A DNA stretch of 64,000 bases from Eledone cirrhosa (GCA_964016885.1 OZ024750.1:2790001-2854000); one strand, 5' to 3'; shown: positions 1 through 12,318, numbered from the stretch's first letter. The notes: generated by a model not told the origin, from the letters alone. A program made the numbers and translations.

Positions 1-167
1 CATGAAAATACAATAGTATATATAGAGTAATGTAAATATTATGTGAGGTAAAGCCTTTATTGTGAAAATACAATAGTATATAGAGAGTAATGTAAATGTT
101 ATGTGAGATAATTATGTGAGGTAAAACTTTTACCATGAAAATACAATAGTAAATATAGAGTAAAGGG
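1..167. mobile_element. MITE family A, right part with internal tandem duplications
   Basis: Repeated gaaaatacaatagta...gagtaa blocks ending aaaggg-ttaa. Confidence 0.7.
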
Positions 168-189
168 TTAAACAATCATAAATACTTAC

Positions 190-275
190 AGCGATATTTT
201 TCCTCGAGATGGGCTCTCGACATTAAAATAACTCCAATTTTGAAAGACAAAACTCTTACTTTTCCAGTTCGGGAA
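190..275 (-). CDS. DMD: Dystrophin exon, equivalent to human exon 66 (EF-hand region)
   Basis: 86 bp, ttatag/gtaagt borders, phase 2 to 1. Encodes SRTGKVRVLSFKIGVILMSRAHLEEKYR (human [28 protein letters not shown]). The gene continues beyond both window edges. Confidence 0.97.
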
Positions 276-702
276 CTATAAATAAAGAATAAATGATTTG
301 TAATTATTTGCAAACAACAATTTCAGAAGAATATAACAACATTTATTGCCAATTTTTAACTTTAGATAATTCACTCTTGAGTTAACCAAAGCAAAAGAGA
401 TTTTTTTTGTTCTTAAAATTGTAACAAGTGAATCTGAAAGCTCCTTAACATTTAGTTTATATCATCATCATCATCTTATCTCAACCAATTGAACCAAAGA
501 AATATATCCATGCCAGATGTTTTGATCTATTATCACTATATTTCCAATACAGTCTTCAACCTGAGGTCTTTATGCAGTATCTCAATGAAGGCAGTGGACT
601 GTCTCCTACAGTAAATCAACTCAACTGTTGGTGGCCATAACAATGGATTTGAAGCAGTTGTTTTCACGAGATATCTCATACAGTGACACATCTGAGTCAA
701 TA

Positions 703-919
703 ATGGTTTCTGATTTAGGCACAAGGCCAACAATTTTGAGGTAGTGGAAAGTCGACTAAATCAGTCCCAGTGCATTACTGGTACTTTATTTCATTGACCC
801 TGTAAGGATGAAAGGCAAAGCTAACCTCAGCAGGATTTGAACTCAGATCGTAAAGAGCTGCAACTCTATGCCATAAAGCATGTAGTCCGACGCTCCACCG
901 ATACTGCTAATCCACCGCC
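703..919 (-). mobile_element. tRNA-derived SINE
   Basis: Minus strand has an A-box-like tagcagtatcgg and B-box gagttcaaatcc, then the conserved central gcctttcatccttac..ggtc.at.aaataaagtaccagt and the tail ggccttgtgcc. Confidence 0.8.
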
Positions 920-2228
920 CTTTTGAGTTAATATTGGCAGGTCATCGTTAAGTTTAGCAATATTCAAAACCATCTGTAATAAGCAAGACTAGATTCTCAT
1001 CTATCTGGTTGTCATACTTCTGTTTGAGAGTCCATATCTCACAATAAGACATATTCAACCATTGCTAGAACAAGTCTGGTCTTAATAATGTTTCTCAGAG
1101 GTGACTTTCAGATCTTTGATAATCTATGACATACGTGCCATGTGATATAGTTTTCTGAGTCGACTATCCAAGTCCTATTTAAAGTTTGTTTTTGAACTGG
1201 TTTCAATTTTGCCTTTCATCTATTCGAGGTCGATAAAAAGAGTTCTAGTCAAGTCCTGGGACCGATTCTTCCTCTGTATCTCTCTCTCACTCTCTCTCAC
1301 TCTCTCTAGCCTTCTCTCTCACTCTCTCTAGCCTTCTCTGGAAGAAATCTGTTGTTCTCAGACTTGGAGAGGAGATGGTCTCCACTAGGTTTTAAAAATA
1401 CCCTAGAAACACTGTATGTCAGTACAGCGCCAGTACGACTCCCTCTGGAGTTACAGGACCATGCATGCTCATTTACAATATATTTCATCAAGAAATCTGC
1501 TGTGTTTCTCATATTTAGCCAGTATTGTATAAATGCAGAGAAATGAAAGATTCTAGATTTGCCAGTCAACACAGCATAGACTAACTAAGAACAATCTGAA
1601 GAACATTACACATAGCTAAAATAAATCTATTCCAAAAAGGCAGATTTGCCTTTTGATACTTGAAATTAAATATGGAATGACAACTGCGATGACATAAGTT
1701 CTTTTAATATATTTTTCAATAAGAAAAAAGTTCACAAAAGGGAATATAAGAAAATAAAACAAAAAGAAGAAAAAATCTTAAGAGTAGACATCTGAAAAGT
1801 TGTCATCCATCAAACATTTAGCAGAAAGTGAAATTCATGAAAAAAACGGTTTGAAAGCCGTAGCCATCTTCTAGATTTTCATCAGGTAAAGGTTCATTCT
1901 TTTATCTTTTCATATATAATATATTAAATGGTTTCTTGGATTGACAAAGGAGGGGAAAAAGGGATAATTGATTTTATTTACCAAATACAATCTTTGCAAG
2001 CAGGAAAAACAACAGTTAAATGATGATGATGATGATAACATGAAGCTAATCTCTAGACATATTATTCTTAGTCATGTGTATATGTTTCTACTCTTTATTT
2101 CAATATTACACGCACCAGCTCCCTTATAATTCTTTCATTTACCACTAATAAATAAAAGCCAAGCCTTCCAATAAATAAGAGACCAAACAAAAGCAGAAGA
2201 CATAAATCACATTGAAAAGAAGAGAATG

Positions 2229-4420
2229 GAAGTGGGGAGGAGATATGGTCTGAAGTGGGGAGGAGATATGGTCTGAAGTGGGGAGGGGATATGGTCTGAA
2301 GTGGGGAGGGGATATGGTCTGAAGTGGGGAGGGGATATGGTCTGAAGTGGGGAGGGGATATGGTCTGAAGTGGGGAGGGGATATGGTCTGAAGTGGGGAG
2401 GGGATATGGTCTGAAGTGGGGAGGGGATATGGTCTGAAGTGGGGAGGGGATATGGTCTGAAGTGGGGAGGGGATATGGTCTGAAGTGGGGAGGGGATATG
2501 GTCTGAAGTGGGGAGGGGATATGGTCTGAAGTGGGGAGGGGATATGGTCTGAAGTGGGGAGGGGATATGGTCTGAAGTGGGGAGGGGATATGGTCTGAAG
2601 TGGGGAGGGGATATGGTCTGAAGTGGGGAGGGGATATGGTCTGAAGTGGGGAGGGGATATGGTCTGAAGTGGGGAGGGGATATGGTCTGAAGTGGGGAGG
2701 GGATATGGTCTGAAGTGGGGAGGGGATATGGTCTGAAGTGGGGAGGGGATATGGTCTGAAGTGGGGAGGGGATATGGTCTGAAGTGGGGAGGGGATATGG
2801 TCTGAAGTGGGGAGGGGATATGGTCTGAAGTGGGGAGGGGATATGGTCTGAAGTGGGGAGGGGATATGGTCTGAAGTGGGGAGGGGATATGGTCTGAAGT
2901 GGGGAGGGGATATGGTCTGAAGTGGGGAGGGGATATGGTCTGAAGTGGGGAGGGGATATGGTCTGAAGTGGGGAGGGGATATGGTCTGAAGTGGGGAGGG
3001 GATATGGTCTGAAGTGGGGAGGGGATATGGTCTGAAGTGGGGAGGGGATATGGTCTGAAGTGGGGAGGGGATATGGTCTGAAGTGGGGAGGGGATATGGT
3101 CTGAAGTGGGGAGGGGATATGGTCTGAAGTGGGGAGGGGATATGGTCTGAAGTGGGGAGGGGATATGGTCTGAAGTGGGGAGGGGATATGGTCTGAAGTG
3201 GGGAGGGGATATGGTCTGAAGTGGGGAGGGGATATGGTCTGAAGTGGGGAGGGGATATGGTCTGAAGTGGGGAGGGGATATGGTCTGAAGTGGGGAGGGG
3301 ATATGGTCTGAAGTGGGGAGGGGATATGGTCTGAAGTGGGGAGGGGATATGGTCTGAAGTGGGGAGGGGATATGGTCTGAAGTGGGGAGGGGATATGGTC
3401 TGAAGTGGGGAGGGGATATGGTCTGAAGTGGGGAGGGGATATGGTCTGAAGTGGGGAGGGGATATGGTCTGAAGTGGGGAGGGGATATGGTCTGAAGTGG
3501 GGAGGGGATATGGTCTGAAGTGGGGAGGGGATATGGTCTGAAGTGGGGAGGGATATGGTCTGAAGTGGGGAGGGGATATGGTCTGAAGTGGGGAGGGGAT
3601 ATGGTCTGAAGTGGGGAGGGGATATGGTCTGTAGTGGGGAGGAGATATGGTCTGAAGTGGGGAGGGGATATGGTCTGAAGTGGGGAGGAGATATGGTCTG
3701 AAGTGGGGAGGGGATATGGTCTGAAGTGGGGAGGGGATATGGTCTGAAGTGGGGAGGGGATATGGTCTGAAGTGGGGAGGGGATATGGTCTGAAGTGGGG
3801 AGGGGATATGGTCTGTAGTGGGGAGGGGATATGGTCTGTAGTGGGGAGGGGATATGGTCTGAAGTGGGGAGGGGATATGGTCTGAAGTGGGGAGGGGATA
3901 TGGTCTGAAGTGGGGAGGGGATATGGTCTGAAGTGGGGAGGAGATATGGTCTGAAGTGGGGAGGGGATATGGTCTGAAGTGGGGAGGGGATATGGTCTGA
4001 AGTGGGGAGGGGATATGGTCTGAAGTGGGGAGGGGATATGGTCTGAAGTGGGGAGGGGATATGGTCTGTAGTGGGGAGGGGATATGGTCTGTAGTGGGGA
4101 GGGGATATGGTCTGAAGTGGGGAGGGGATATGGTCTGTAGTGGGGAGGGGATATGGTCTGAAGTGGGGAGGGGATATGGTCTGTAGTGGGGAGGGGATAT
4201 GGTCTGAAGTGGGGAGGGGATATGGTCTGAAGTGGGGAGGGGATATGGTCTGAAGTGGGGAGGGGATATGGTCTGAAGTGGGGAGGGGATATGGTATGAA
4301 GTGGGGAGGGAATATGGTCTGAAGTGGGGAGGGAATATGGTCTGTAGTGGGGAGGGGATATGGTCTGAAGTGGGGAGGGGATATGGTCTGAAGTGGGGAG
4401 GGGATATGGTCTGAAGTGGG
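2229..4420. repeat. 23-bp G-rich minisatellite, ~95 copies
   Basis: Unit GAAGTGGGGAGGGGATATGGTCT. Confidence 0.98.
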
Positions 4421-4879
4421 AAGGACAAGTTCACCTTGTCAAGAAAGATAGAGAAAGAGATCAATAAGTTTATGGAGATTACATTGATATAAGTAATACA
4501 GGATAGAAAGAATTGGCACTGGATTGGGGAGGCTGAGGTCTTGTAGTAGGATGATGATGATGATGAAGGAGGTGATGATGGTGACGGAGGTGATGATGGT
4601 GACGGAGGTGATGGTGATGGAGAGGACGATGGAGGTAATGATAATGATGATGTTGATGATGATGATGATGGAGATGATGATGATTAAATACAACATTCTC
4701 TCTGGTTTTAATTTTTGCTCTTAAAAAGTCTAAGAATGGCTACGGTTAATAAGTTTTCTTCATAACCACGTGGTCAGGAAAGTGGAGTGTGGGTCGTGAT
4801 ATACACATAGACACATACATACACACACACATACAGACATACACACACATACACACAGACATACACACACATGTGTGCA

Positions 4880-5008
4880 TGTGTATGGAGGGGAATATCA
4901 GGTATAGTGTTGGCAAATTTCGGGAAGCATGGAGGTTTTGGAGGATGCAGGGTTCCAACAGCAAACAACTGATGCAGGTAGTTTGTTCCATGCTTCAGCA
5001 ACTCTGAG
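4880..5008 (-). mobile_element. CR1/L2-like LINE 3' fragment
   Basis: LRVAEAWNKLPASVV...; homologous to 47755-47880. Confidence 0.6.
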
Positions 5009-5143
5009 TTTTGTTTGTTTTGTGTCAACCGAGACCCCACTGCTCAGTGGTTAGGTGTGTAAAGATCTGTACCCTACTTAAAAACAAGCGAGGGGTTAGC
5101 ACACAAACATGGAGAAAAACTGATGATGGTGACTAGTTTTTAA

Positions 5144-5426
5144 CCCTTTAGTATTTAAACCAGCCATATCCAGCCAAAATTCTCTCACTTCAAACCAGCT
5201 GTAACCGGCTGCTCATAGTGATGTTAAGGTATTGTTCTCAAAATAGATAATATCAAAATCTCATAGATTTGATATTATGTGAGATATTATGTAAGGTAAA
5301 GCCTTTACCATGTAAATACAATAGTATATATAGAGTAATATAAATGTTATGTGAGATATTATGTGAGGTAAAGCCTTTACTGTGCAAATACAATAGTATA
5401 TAGAGAGTAATATAAATGGTAAAGTG
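5144..5426. mobile_element. MITE family A
   Basis: ttaa-ccctttagtattta ... taaatggtaaagtg-ttaa with an internal duplication. Confidence 0.75.
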
Positions 5427-5497
5427 TTAATAGTGCTAGAATTAGTTATCAAGGTTAAAATCATAGAGTCTAATCTAATTTGTTATGTTTATGTAGT

Positions 5498-7900
5498 CAT
5501 CATCATCATCATCATCACCGTTTTACGTCCGTTCTTCCACGCTAGCATGGGTTAGACGGGTTGTCCTGTTGTGGGCAGTGTCTGGTCGGCTGACCATGCC
5601 TTGCTCATACAGGAACTGATCTGGCTTGATTTCTACAGCTGGATGCCCTTCCTAACACCAACCTCATTTACAGTGAGTGCTGGGTGCTTTTTCGTGGCGC
5701 CTACATGTCCACTTTACAGTGTGGGCTGGGTGCTTTTTTGCCGTGGCACCTCCACGACCACCTTGCGGTGGGGGGGGGGGGGGGGGGGGGGCGTATTGTT
5801 TATATGCTTCAGCATGTACCCATGGGAGGTCGGGTACCCTGTATTACTGCGTGACGCCAGAAGTCACGGTCGTGTGTCATTGACTTTGAGAGGTGTAGTT
5901 GGGTAAGGTCGGCTTTTATCACCTCATCCCAAGTCATCTTGGGTCTCCCCACTCCGCGGTTTCCATCAACTTCTAGTGCTCTGCACCTTTTTATGCAGCT
6001 GTCATCCTTCATACACATCACATGTCCATACCAGCGTAACCGCCTCTCCTGCACGCAGCATTTGATTCCTCTTATGCTCAGTCTCTCTCTCAATTCATTT
6101 ATGCTTTGTCGTTCACGTATATTACTGTTACACATCCATCGGAGCATGCAGGCTTCGTTTCTCTCTAATCTACGTAAGTCTTCCACCTTCAGCGCCCAGG
6201 TCTCACTACCATGCAACATCGCTGTTCGGATACACGCATCATACAGTCTGCCTTTCATTCTGAGGGAGAAGCCTTTTGCAGCTAGCAGTGGTAGTAGTTC
6301 CCTAAACTTCTTCCATCCCGTTCTTACCCTAGTTATTGTACTTTCTGAGCACCCACCTCCGTTGCTAATTCGGTCACCTAGGTAGCAGAAGCTGTCTACT
6401 GTTTCTACAGGGCCCTCCCAGAGATTGGTGGTACTTGTTTCCTGTGGCTGTTTGCTTGCTGTTTCAGCACAGCTGCTGCATGTGAATCCTACATTCTTAA
6501 TTAAGCTTCCTGAGATCCCGCTACATCTCTTGTGTACCCATTGTTTGCATTTGGGGCAAAGAATGGAGTTCCTACCTACACCTTTCCTACATACTGAGCA
6601 AGGCCATTTCCCTGAGGGGATCTGGGTTCTGTTTTCTCGTCTACTTATAAGGACCTTAGTCTTTGTCATGTTGACTTTGAGGCCCTTTCTCTCTAGTCCC
6701 TGCTTCCAGGTTTGGAATTTATTCTCTAGTTCTACCATAGATTCAGCTATGAGTGCGAGGTCATCAGCATACAGGAGTTCCCATGGGCATCCGGTCTTAA
6801 ACTCCTCCGTTATTGCCTGCAGGACTATGATGAACAGGAGAGGGCTAAGAACAGAGCCCTGGTGGACCCCAACCTGTACGCTAAATTCCTCGCTATACTC
6901 ATTGCCAATCCTAACTTTGCTGACTGCTCCCCTATACATGGCTTGTACCGCTTTCACAAGCCATTCATCTACTCCTAGTTTTCTAAGAGCCCACCAGATT
7001 ACTGCACGTGGAACTCTGTCAAAGGCTTTCTCAAGGTCGACAAATGCCAAGTAGAGTGGCTTACTTTTAGCTAGGTACTTTTCCTGTAATTGCCTCACAA
7101 GGAAGAGCGCATCAGTGGTGCCTTTCCCTGGTACAAACCCAAATTGCATCTCGTCTATATTCACCCGGTCCCTAATCAGCTGTGCTATAACTCTTTCTGT
7201 TACTTTCATGACCTGGTCCATCAACTTTATACCTCTATAGTTTCCTCTATCTAGTGCATCGCCTTTACCTTTGTAGCAGTTGACAATGATGCTACTGCAC
7301 CAATCTTTTGGTATGGCCCCCTCTAGTATTACCTGGTTAACGATACGTGTGGTTATAGTGTGACCTACAGACCCAGATGCCTTCAGCATCTCGGCAGCTA
7401 TACCCGATGGACCGGTTGCCTTCCCTATCTTCATATCTCTGATTGCCTTACTTACTACGCTGCCGCTGACTTGTACTGCTGGTCCCTCTATAGGGTCTAC
7501 GTGGGGTAGGGTCTCTTCTTCCCATGCATTCTCCTCATTTAGTAATCTATCATAATGACTCTTCCATGCATCTTTCTTCTCAGCACTTGTGAGGGCAAGC
7601 TCACCTTTATCATTCCGGATACACTTCTCTCCAATGACATCACAACTATCTCTGACACACTGCCTCGCAATCTTGAATACCTCCTGTTTCTGGTCCTCAC
7701 GTTGTAAAACATGCTTGAATTTTCTATCCTCTGCTTCCCTCCTAGCTAAGTATACTTGTCGCCTAGCTTCCCTCTTGGTCTCTATGTAATGTACCCTGCT
7801 CCCCCCGTTCTTCCATTCTTTCCATGCCTGTCTCTTGGCCTTGACTGCTTCATCTACCTTATTGTTCCACCACCAAGTCACTCTCCTCCTGCTGAGGTAG
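5498..7900 (-). mobile_element. RTE-clade non-LTR retrotransposon (LINE), 5'-truncated, with (GAT)n tail
   Basis: RT ORF 5809-7923 has the motifs TWWWN, YKGKGD...NYRGIKL, QFGFVPG, FVDLEKAFDRV, GVHQGSVLSP, LLYADD, FCYLG and RLRWYGHV. No AP-endonuclease domain is present. The 3' region ends in ccatgctagcgtgg...gatgatgat. The 5' boundary is approximate and I found no clear TSD. Confidence 0.93.
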
Positions 7901-7923
7901 TATGTAAGGATTTCCCTACCCAA
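5809..7923 (-). CDS. LINE reverse transcriptase (truncated ORF) with internal C4HC3 PHD-like finger
   Basis: 704-codon stop-free frame. The first ~10 codons are probably flanking DNA and the start is not an ATG. Confidence 0.85.
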   Translation of the reverse strand: MGREILTYYLSRRRVTWWWNNKVDEAVKAKRQAWKEWKNGGSRVHYIETKREARRQVYLARREAEDRKFKHVLQREDQKQEVFKIARQCVRDSCDVIGEKCIRNDKGELALTSAEKKDAWKSHYDRLLNEENAWEEETLPHVDPIEGPAVQVSGSVVSKAIRDMKIGKATGPSGIAAEMLKASGSVGHTITTRIVNQVILEGAIPKDWCSSIIVNCYKGKGDALDRGNYRGIKLMDQVMKVTERVIAQLIRDRVNIDEMQFGFVPGKGTTDALFLVRQLQEKYLAKSKPLYLAFVDLEKAFDRVPRAVIWWALRKLGVDEWLVKAVQAMYRGAVSKVRIGNEYSEEFSVQVGVHQGSVLSPLLFIIVLQAITEEFKTGCPWELLYADDLALIAESMVELENKFQTWKQGLERKGLKVNMTKTKVLISRRENRTQIPSGKWPCSVCRKGVGRNSILCPKCKQWVHKRCSGISGSLIKNVGFTCSSCAETASKQPQETSTTNLWEGPVETVDSFCYLGDRISNGGGCSESTITRVRTGWKKFRELLPLLAAKGFSLRMKGRLYDACIRTAMLHGSETWALKVEDLRRLERNEACMLRWMCNSNIRERQSINELRERLSIRGIKCCVQERRLRWYGHVMCMKDDSCIKRCRALEVDGNRGVGRPKMTWDEVIKADLTQLHLSKSMTHDRDFWRHAVIQGTRPPMGTC

Positions 7924-8727
7924 CTTTTTATAGCTTTACTGTAATATATATGTCTTGGGTTGGATAAACATTAAACCTGGAGTTTATACAGCTGGCTTGG
8001 TTGCTCTTTCTATTCTTACAATCTAATCAAAGTTGACCTTACCCTTTCTCCAGTTGAAGTTAATAGAATATAAAGCAGTAAATTCTGTACAAACTTTGTT
8101 TTTCATGGGAAGGATACATGTGTAGTCTTAAGGGACAAATAAATGTTCAGCTAAGTATCTAATCTAGTAGATTCTTATGTCTGTTGCAAAACATTAGATA
8201 AATGTTGCTTTATGGTCCCAGCGGGCAGGACAGTCCGGATGATAGCAAGGGTAATGCAGTGAAAGAGCCAGTCCAGCTTGAGGGGCCTTGTTATATTTAC
8301 CAGTAATATTTTGGGGTTAATGAAATCAACAACATTCTTCCTATAATTTAACAGTTCAAATCCTGCCGAGGTTAACTTTGCCTTTCATCCTTACGGGGTC
8401 GATAAAATAAAGTACCAGTAATGCACTGGGATAATTGCTGGCCTTGTGCCAAAAGTAGAAACAGTTACTGTGAAAGGGTTAATCAGAACTGACCCAGGAT
8501 TAAACATCTATCTATATCATCCATGTCCATTCCTTCTACTAAATGATTCATTAATAAATTCATTAATTTTTAAAGCCTTTTTTTAATTTTATTTTGATAC
8601 ATCCTTTGTATATATGATGTCTCCCCTTTCAGCCTTACATGTTTGGTTTCTAAGTACATTTCTTTCAACTGTCCCCTTTATTCTCACTGATAGATTCTAT
8701 TTTCACATTCCTGTACTTAGTCACTGG

Positions 8728-8795
8728 AGAAGAAGAAGAAGAAGAAGAAGAAGAAGAAGAAGAAGAAGAAGAAGAAGAAGAAGAAGAAGAAGAAG
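8728..8795. repeat. (AAG)n microsatellite
   Basis: About 22 perfect units. Many other (TA)n, (CA)n, (GA)n, (CAA)n and (GAT)n tracts are not listed individually. Confidence 0.95.
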
Positions 8796-9208
8796 CCCTT
8801 GTCCCTCCTTAGAAAGCAGTCCATATTGTCTATACTACATGGACAACTGACATTTCAGTTTAACCAGGAGAGAGAGAGTGAGAGAGAGAGTTTAACTAAA
8901 GTAGAGTGAGAGAGAGAGAGTTTAACCAAGGTAGAGAGAGAGAGAATGATATGAAATAAAGCAGTATTATTAAGAAATGTTTATTTTTCCCCAGTAACCA
9001 GAGTACCCACCACCACCCACTCCTCATAAAAAACTGTTGCCATGGCATCTTTTTAAATGATTGCTAAGAAAAAATATTAAATAAAATACTCCATTATCTT
9101 AACAATTTGGTTTTGGTTAAATAAATTTAACCCTTTTGATACCAACCCACCCAAAATTACCCCAATTCTACGATAACAAACCTTTTATTTTACAGTATTC
9201 ATTTTTAA

Positions 9209-9414
9209 CCCTTTACCATTTACATTACTCTAGATATACTGTTGTATTTTTGTGATAAAGGCTTTAATCTCACATAATATCGAATCTATAAAATTTTGAT
9301 ATTTATTTTGAGAACAATACCTTAACATCAGTATGAGTGGCTAGTTATGGCCTGTTTGAACAAAAAGAGGTGAGAGAATTCTGGCCAGATACGACTGGTT
9401 TAAATGCTAAAGGG
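9209..9414. mobile_element. MITE family A (reverse orientation), nested in a family B remnant
   Basis: ttaa-ccctttaccattta ... taaatgctaaaggg-tta. Confidence 0.8.
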
Positions 9415-9662
9415 TTAGATAAAAATATAATATTATATAAGAATATTTTTAAAGCTATGTACTAAATGTCAGCTTATCAAAAATTCCTACAAATTCTTGA
9501 TTATTTACAAAATTAATTGAAATATGTTAATGAAATAGTTAAATTATCATTATATAATATCTAGGTGTTTTCTATATTTCTTTTGAAGATTTTTATCTAG
9601 AAAATCCCAGTGTGATGTGTAGTTTGAATAAAATAATACAAGTCAACTTTTTTTTTTCTTAA

Positions 9663-9863
9663 CCATTTTAGCATTTAAACATCCCGTATCTGGCCAGAAT
9701 TCTCTCACCTCTTTCTTTTCAAACTGGCTGTAACCAGCCGCTTATACTGACTGATGTTAAGGTATTGTTCTCAAAATAATTATGTGAGATATTACGTGAG
9801 GTAAAGAAAGCCTTTGCCATGAAAATATAATAGTAAATATAGAGTAATGTAAATGGTAAAGGG
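9663..9863. mobile_element. MITE family A
   Basis: ttaa-ccattttagcattta ... taaatggtaaaggg-ttaa. Confidence 0.8.
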
Positions 9864-11033
9864 TTAATAATATGAATAAGTTGTTTTTATTTTATTTTCA
9901 CACTCATTTTAAAACAACAACCAATCATTATAGAGAGTCAAAATAGTTACAGTTTATCTAGGGAATTCAGAGGTAAAGTTTAAAAGCAAATATTCCAGTT
10001 ATGGATGTCGAGGAGGAGTAATGGATGTTATAAAACTGAACCAATGACTAATACAACAGATAAAACATTAATAAAGGGAGGAGGGGTGACTCCTTGGTAT
10101 CAGAGCTACTGCTGCTGCACCATGTGGAAAATACCAAACAATTCTGTCTTTTCCAGAGTCAATATTTCTACAGAAGAAGAATTGTTGCTAACTTGAACAG
10201 TTTTGACAATTGCTTCTACAAAAATGATACAGAGCAGTACATAGAAATAAAATTAAAATAACATTTAAAAAAAGGCTAAAAAAATAAAAATAATTTTTCT
10301 AAGAGGTTCAATAAAGACAATTTTGGGCACATCTAAAAAAAATAAAATCCTAAGCCATTTCTAAAAAAAAAAATGTAATCAGTGAAACTTTTGATTAAGA
10401 ATAAAAACAGAAATAATAAAAAAAAACAAGAAAATAAAAACCCTTGATTAATTTTGAAAACATTTTTTAAAATTAAGATATAAATTAACCAAAGCTCCAT
10501 CTCTCTCTAGAAACACACACACACACACACACACGCACACACACACACACACACACAAACAACAACAACAACAACAGTCCTACAAATGAATTAAAAGAGA
10601 AATTGATGAAAACAGATATTTTAAAGGATGGTATTCATTGAGTGTACTAAGATCCGGTGAATTGTAATTAATTCTAAACGTTTATTAGTCACTGAATTAA
10701 TTGGAAGTTTAAGGCAGCTAATGGAATATAGCACAAATATTTACTGAGTTGAGTGGAAAACAAACCATAAAACTGATGAAGAACAAGAGAAAGGCATGGT
10801 CTTTGATGATGATAATAATAATAACAATACTAATAATAACAACAACAACATTAATAATAATAATTCCGTTATTATATAAACAAGGTGAATAGTAACAGAC
10901 ATCAGAAAAATAACCAATGAAATCACTTGAACCCCCCCCCCCCCCCCCCCAAAAAAAAAAATCTAATGTTAAATAAATAAATAAAAAATTCAAAGAAATG
11001 TAATGTTTATTCTTTGAGTCTCAGTCATTGATG

Positions 11034-11076
<43 letters not shown>

Positions 11077-11328
11077 TGCCTCAGGTAATTGCAGACTTGA
11101 TCAAGAAATCAAGTTTAGTATATTTGATTATTTATTTACTCTTCTTGCACCATATCAAGATTACATCATTAATACGGCACAAAGAAGTGAAGTTGTATCT
11201 AGACTATTATGTAATGAGAATATTTCAACAAAATATGTTGTAGGATTGCATTTCATTCAAGCTATCATAGATGTTGATTGATTGCTCTTCAAAAGTGTGT
11301 GTGTATATATATATATATACATATATAG

Positions 11329-11363
<35 letters not shown>

Positions 11364-11743
11364 ACGTCACAATTCTTAATAGGATATCTCAAAATGCGAA
11401 TGAAACCCAAGGGTAGGGAGATTATCCTGGTAGGTATATAAGCATTTCTAACTTCAATTTTATACCTAATTGTGCATGGTTGACCGTATATTTAATTGAT
11501 TTCCACGTGCTGTTGAAATGTTGGGTAAATATTCTATAGCGGTTGGCCGCGAAGAGATTGCTATCGTTTATTTATTTACTGTTTCTTCATAGGTGCCTTT
11601 TAATCTTATAGCCTGGTCTAATTGATTTTTTGTGTGGTTAATTATGCTAATTGGGAGAGGAAATGATGTATATATATTATCAAATGATTCTATGGACATA
11701 CTTTATAGTATATATATATATACATATATATATATACATATAT

Positions 11744-11774
<31 letters not shown>

Positions 11775-11822
11775 CACCATGATATTAAATAAATGGAAAC
11801 TATATTTATAAAACCATATTTA

Positions 11823-11883
11823 TTTTATTATATATATTTCAAGGGCAACCAAGACAACATTGGTGCGCTTTCATCAGATAAAA
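11823..11883 (-). ncRNA. Minimal type I hammerhead ribozyme motif (Penelope-like)
   Basis: Minus strand reads TTTTAT-CTGATGA-aagcgcaccaa tgttgtc ttggttgccctt-GAAA-TATATA-TA-ATAAAA. This gives a 6-bp stem I, ~10-bp stem II and palindromic short stem III, inside a ~175-bp island between (TA)n tracts. Confidence 0.7.
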
Positions 11884-11948
11884 GTGCTCTAAATCAGTTA
11901 TAAACATTTATGTTTGTCGGACTTCCAACAAATTAAATACAACTTCTA

Positions 11949-12021
<73 letters not shown>

Positions 12022-12286
12022 CAACATCCAGTCCGAAACAAATGAGATTGTGTAGGTGTCACGACAAAAAAACACACAGTCCACGCTGTAATGTGGCCGT
12101 GTAGGTAACACGGTAAAAACCTCCCAGTCCACACTGTAAACGTGGTTGGTGTTAGGAAGGGCATCCAGCCGTAGAAAACCCGCTAGATAGTCCTATATGA
12201 GCGAGACAACCAATCTTGCCTCAAGTGGGAAAACTCCCGTCCAAACCTATGCAAGCATGGAAGATGGACGTTAAACGATGATGATG

Positions 12287-12318
<32 letters not shown>

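Noticed and set aside
703-919. tRNA gene suggested by A/B boxes
   Set aside because: No cloverleaf; multiple diverged copies with a common tail indicate a SINE.
2095-4464. 789-aa proline-rich ORF
   Set aside because: It is the translation of a 23-bp satellite that lacks stops in all minus frames. It is intronic and has no splice or domain support.
5939-7054. Plus-strand ORFs of 148 and 209 aa
   Set aside because: Antisense shadows of the LINE RT.
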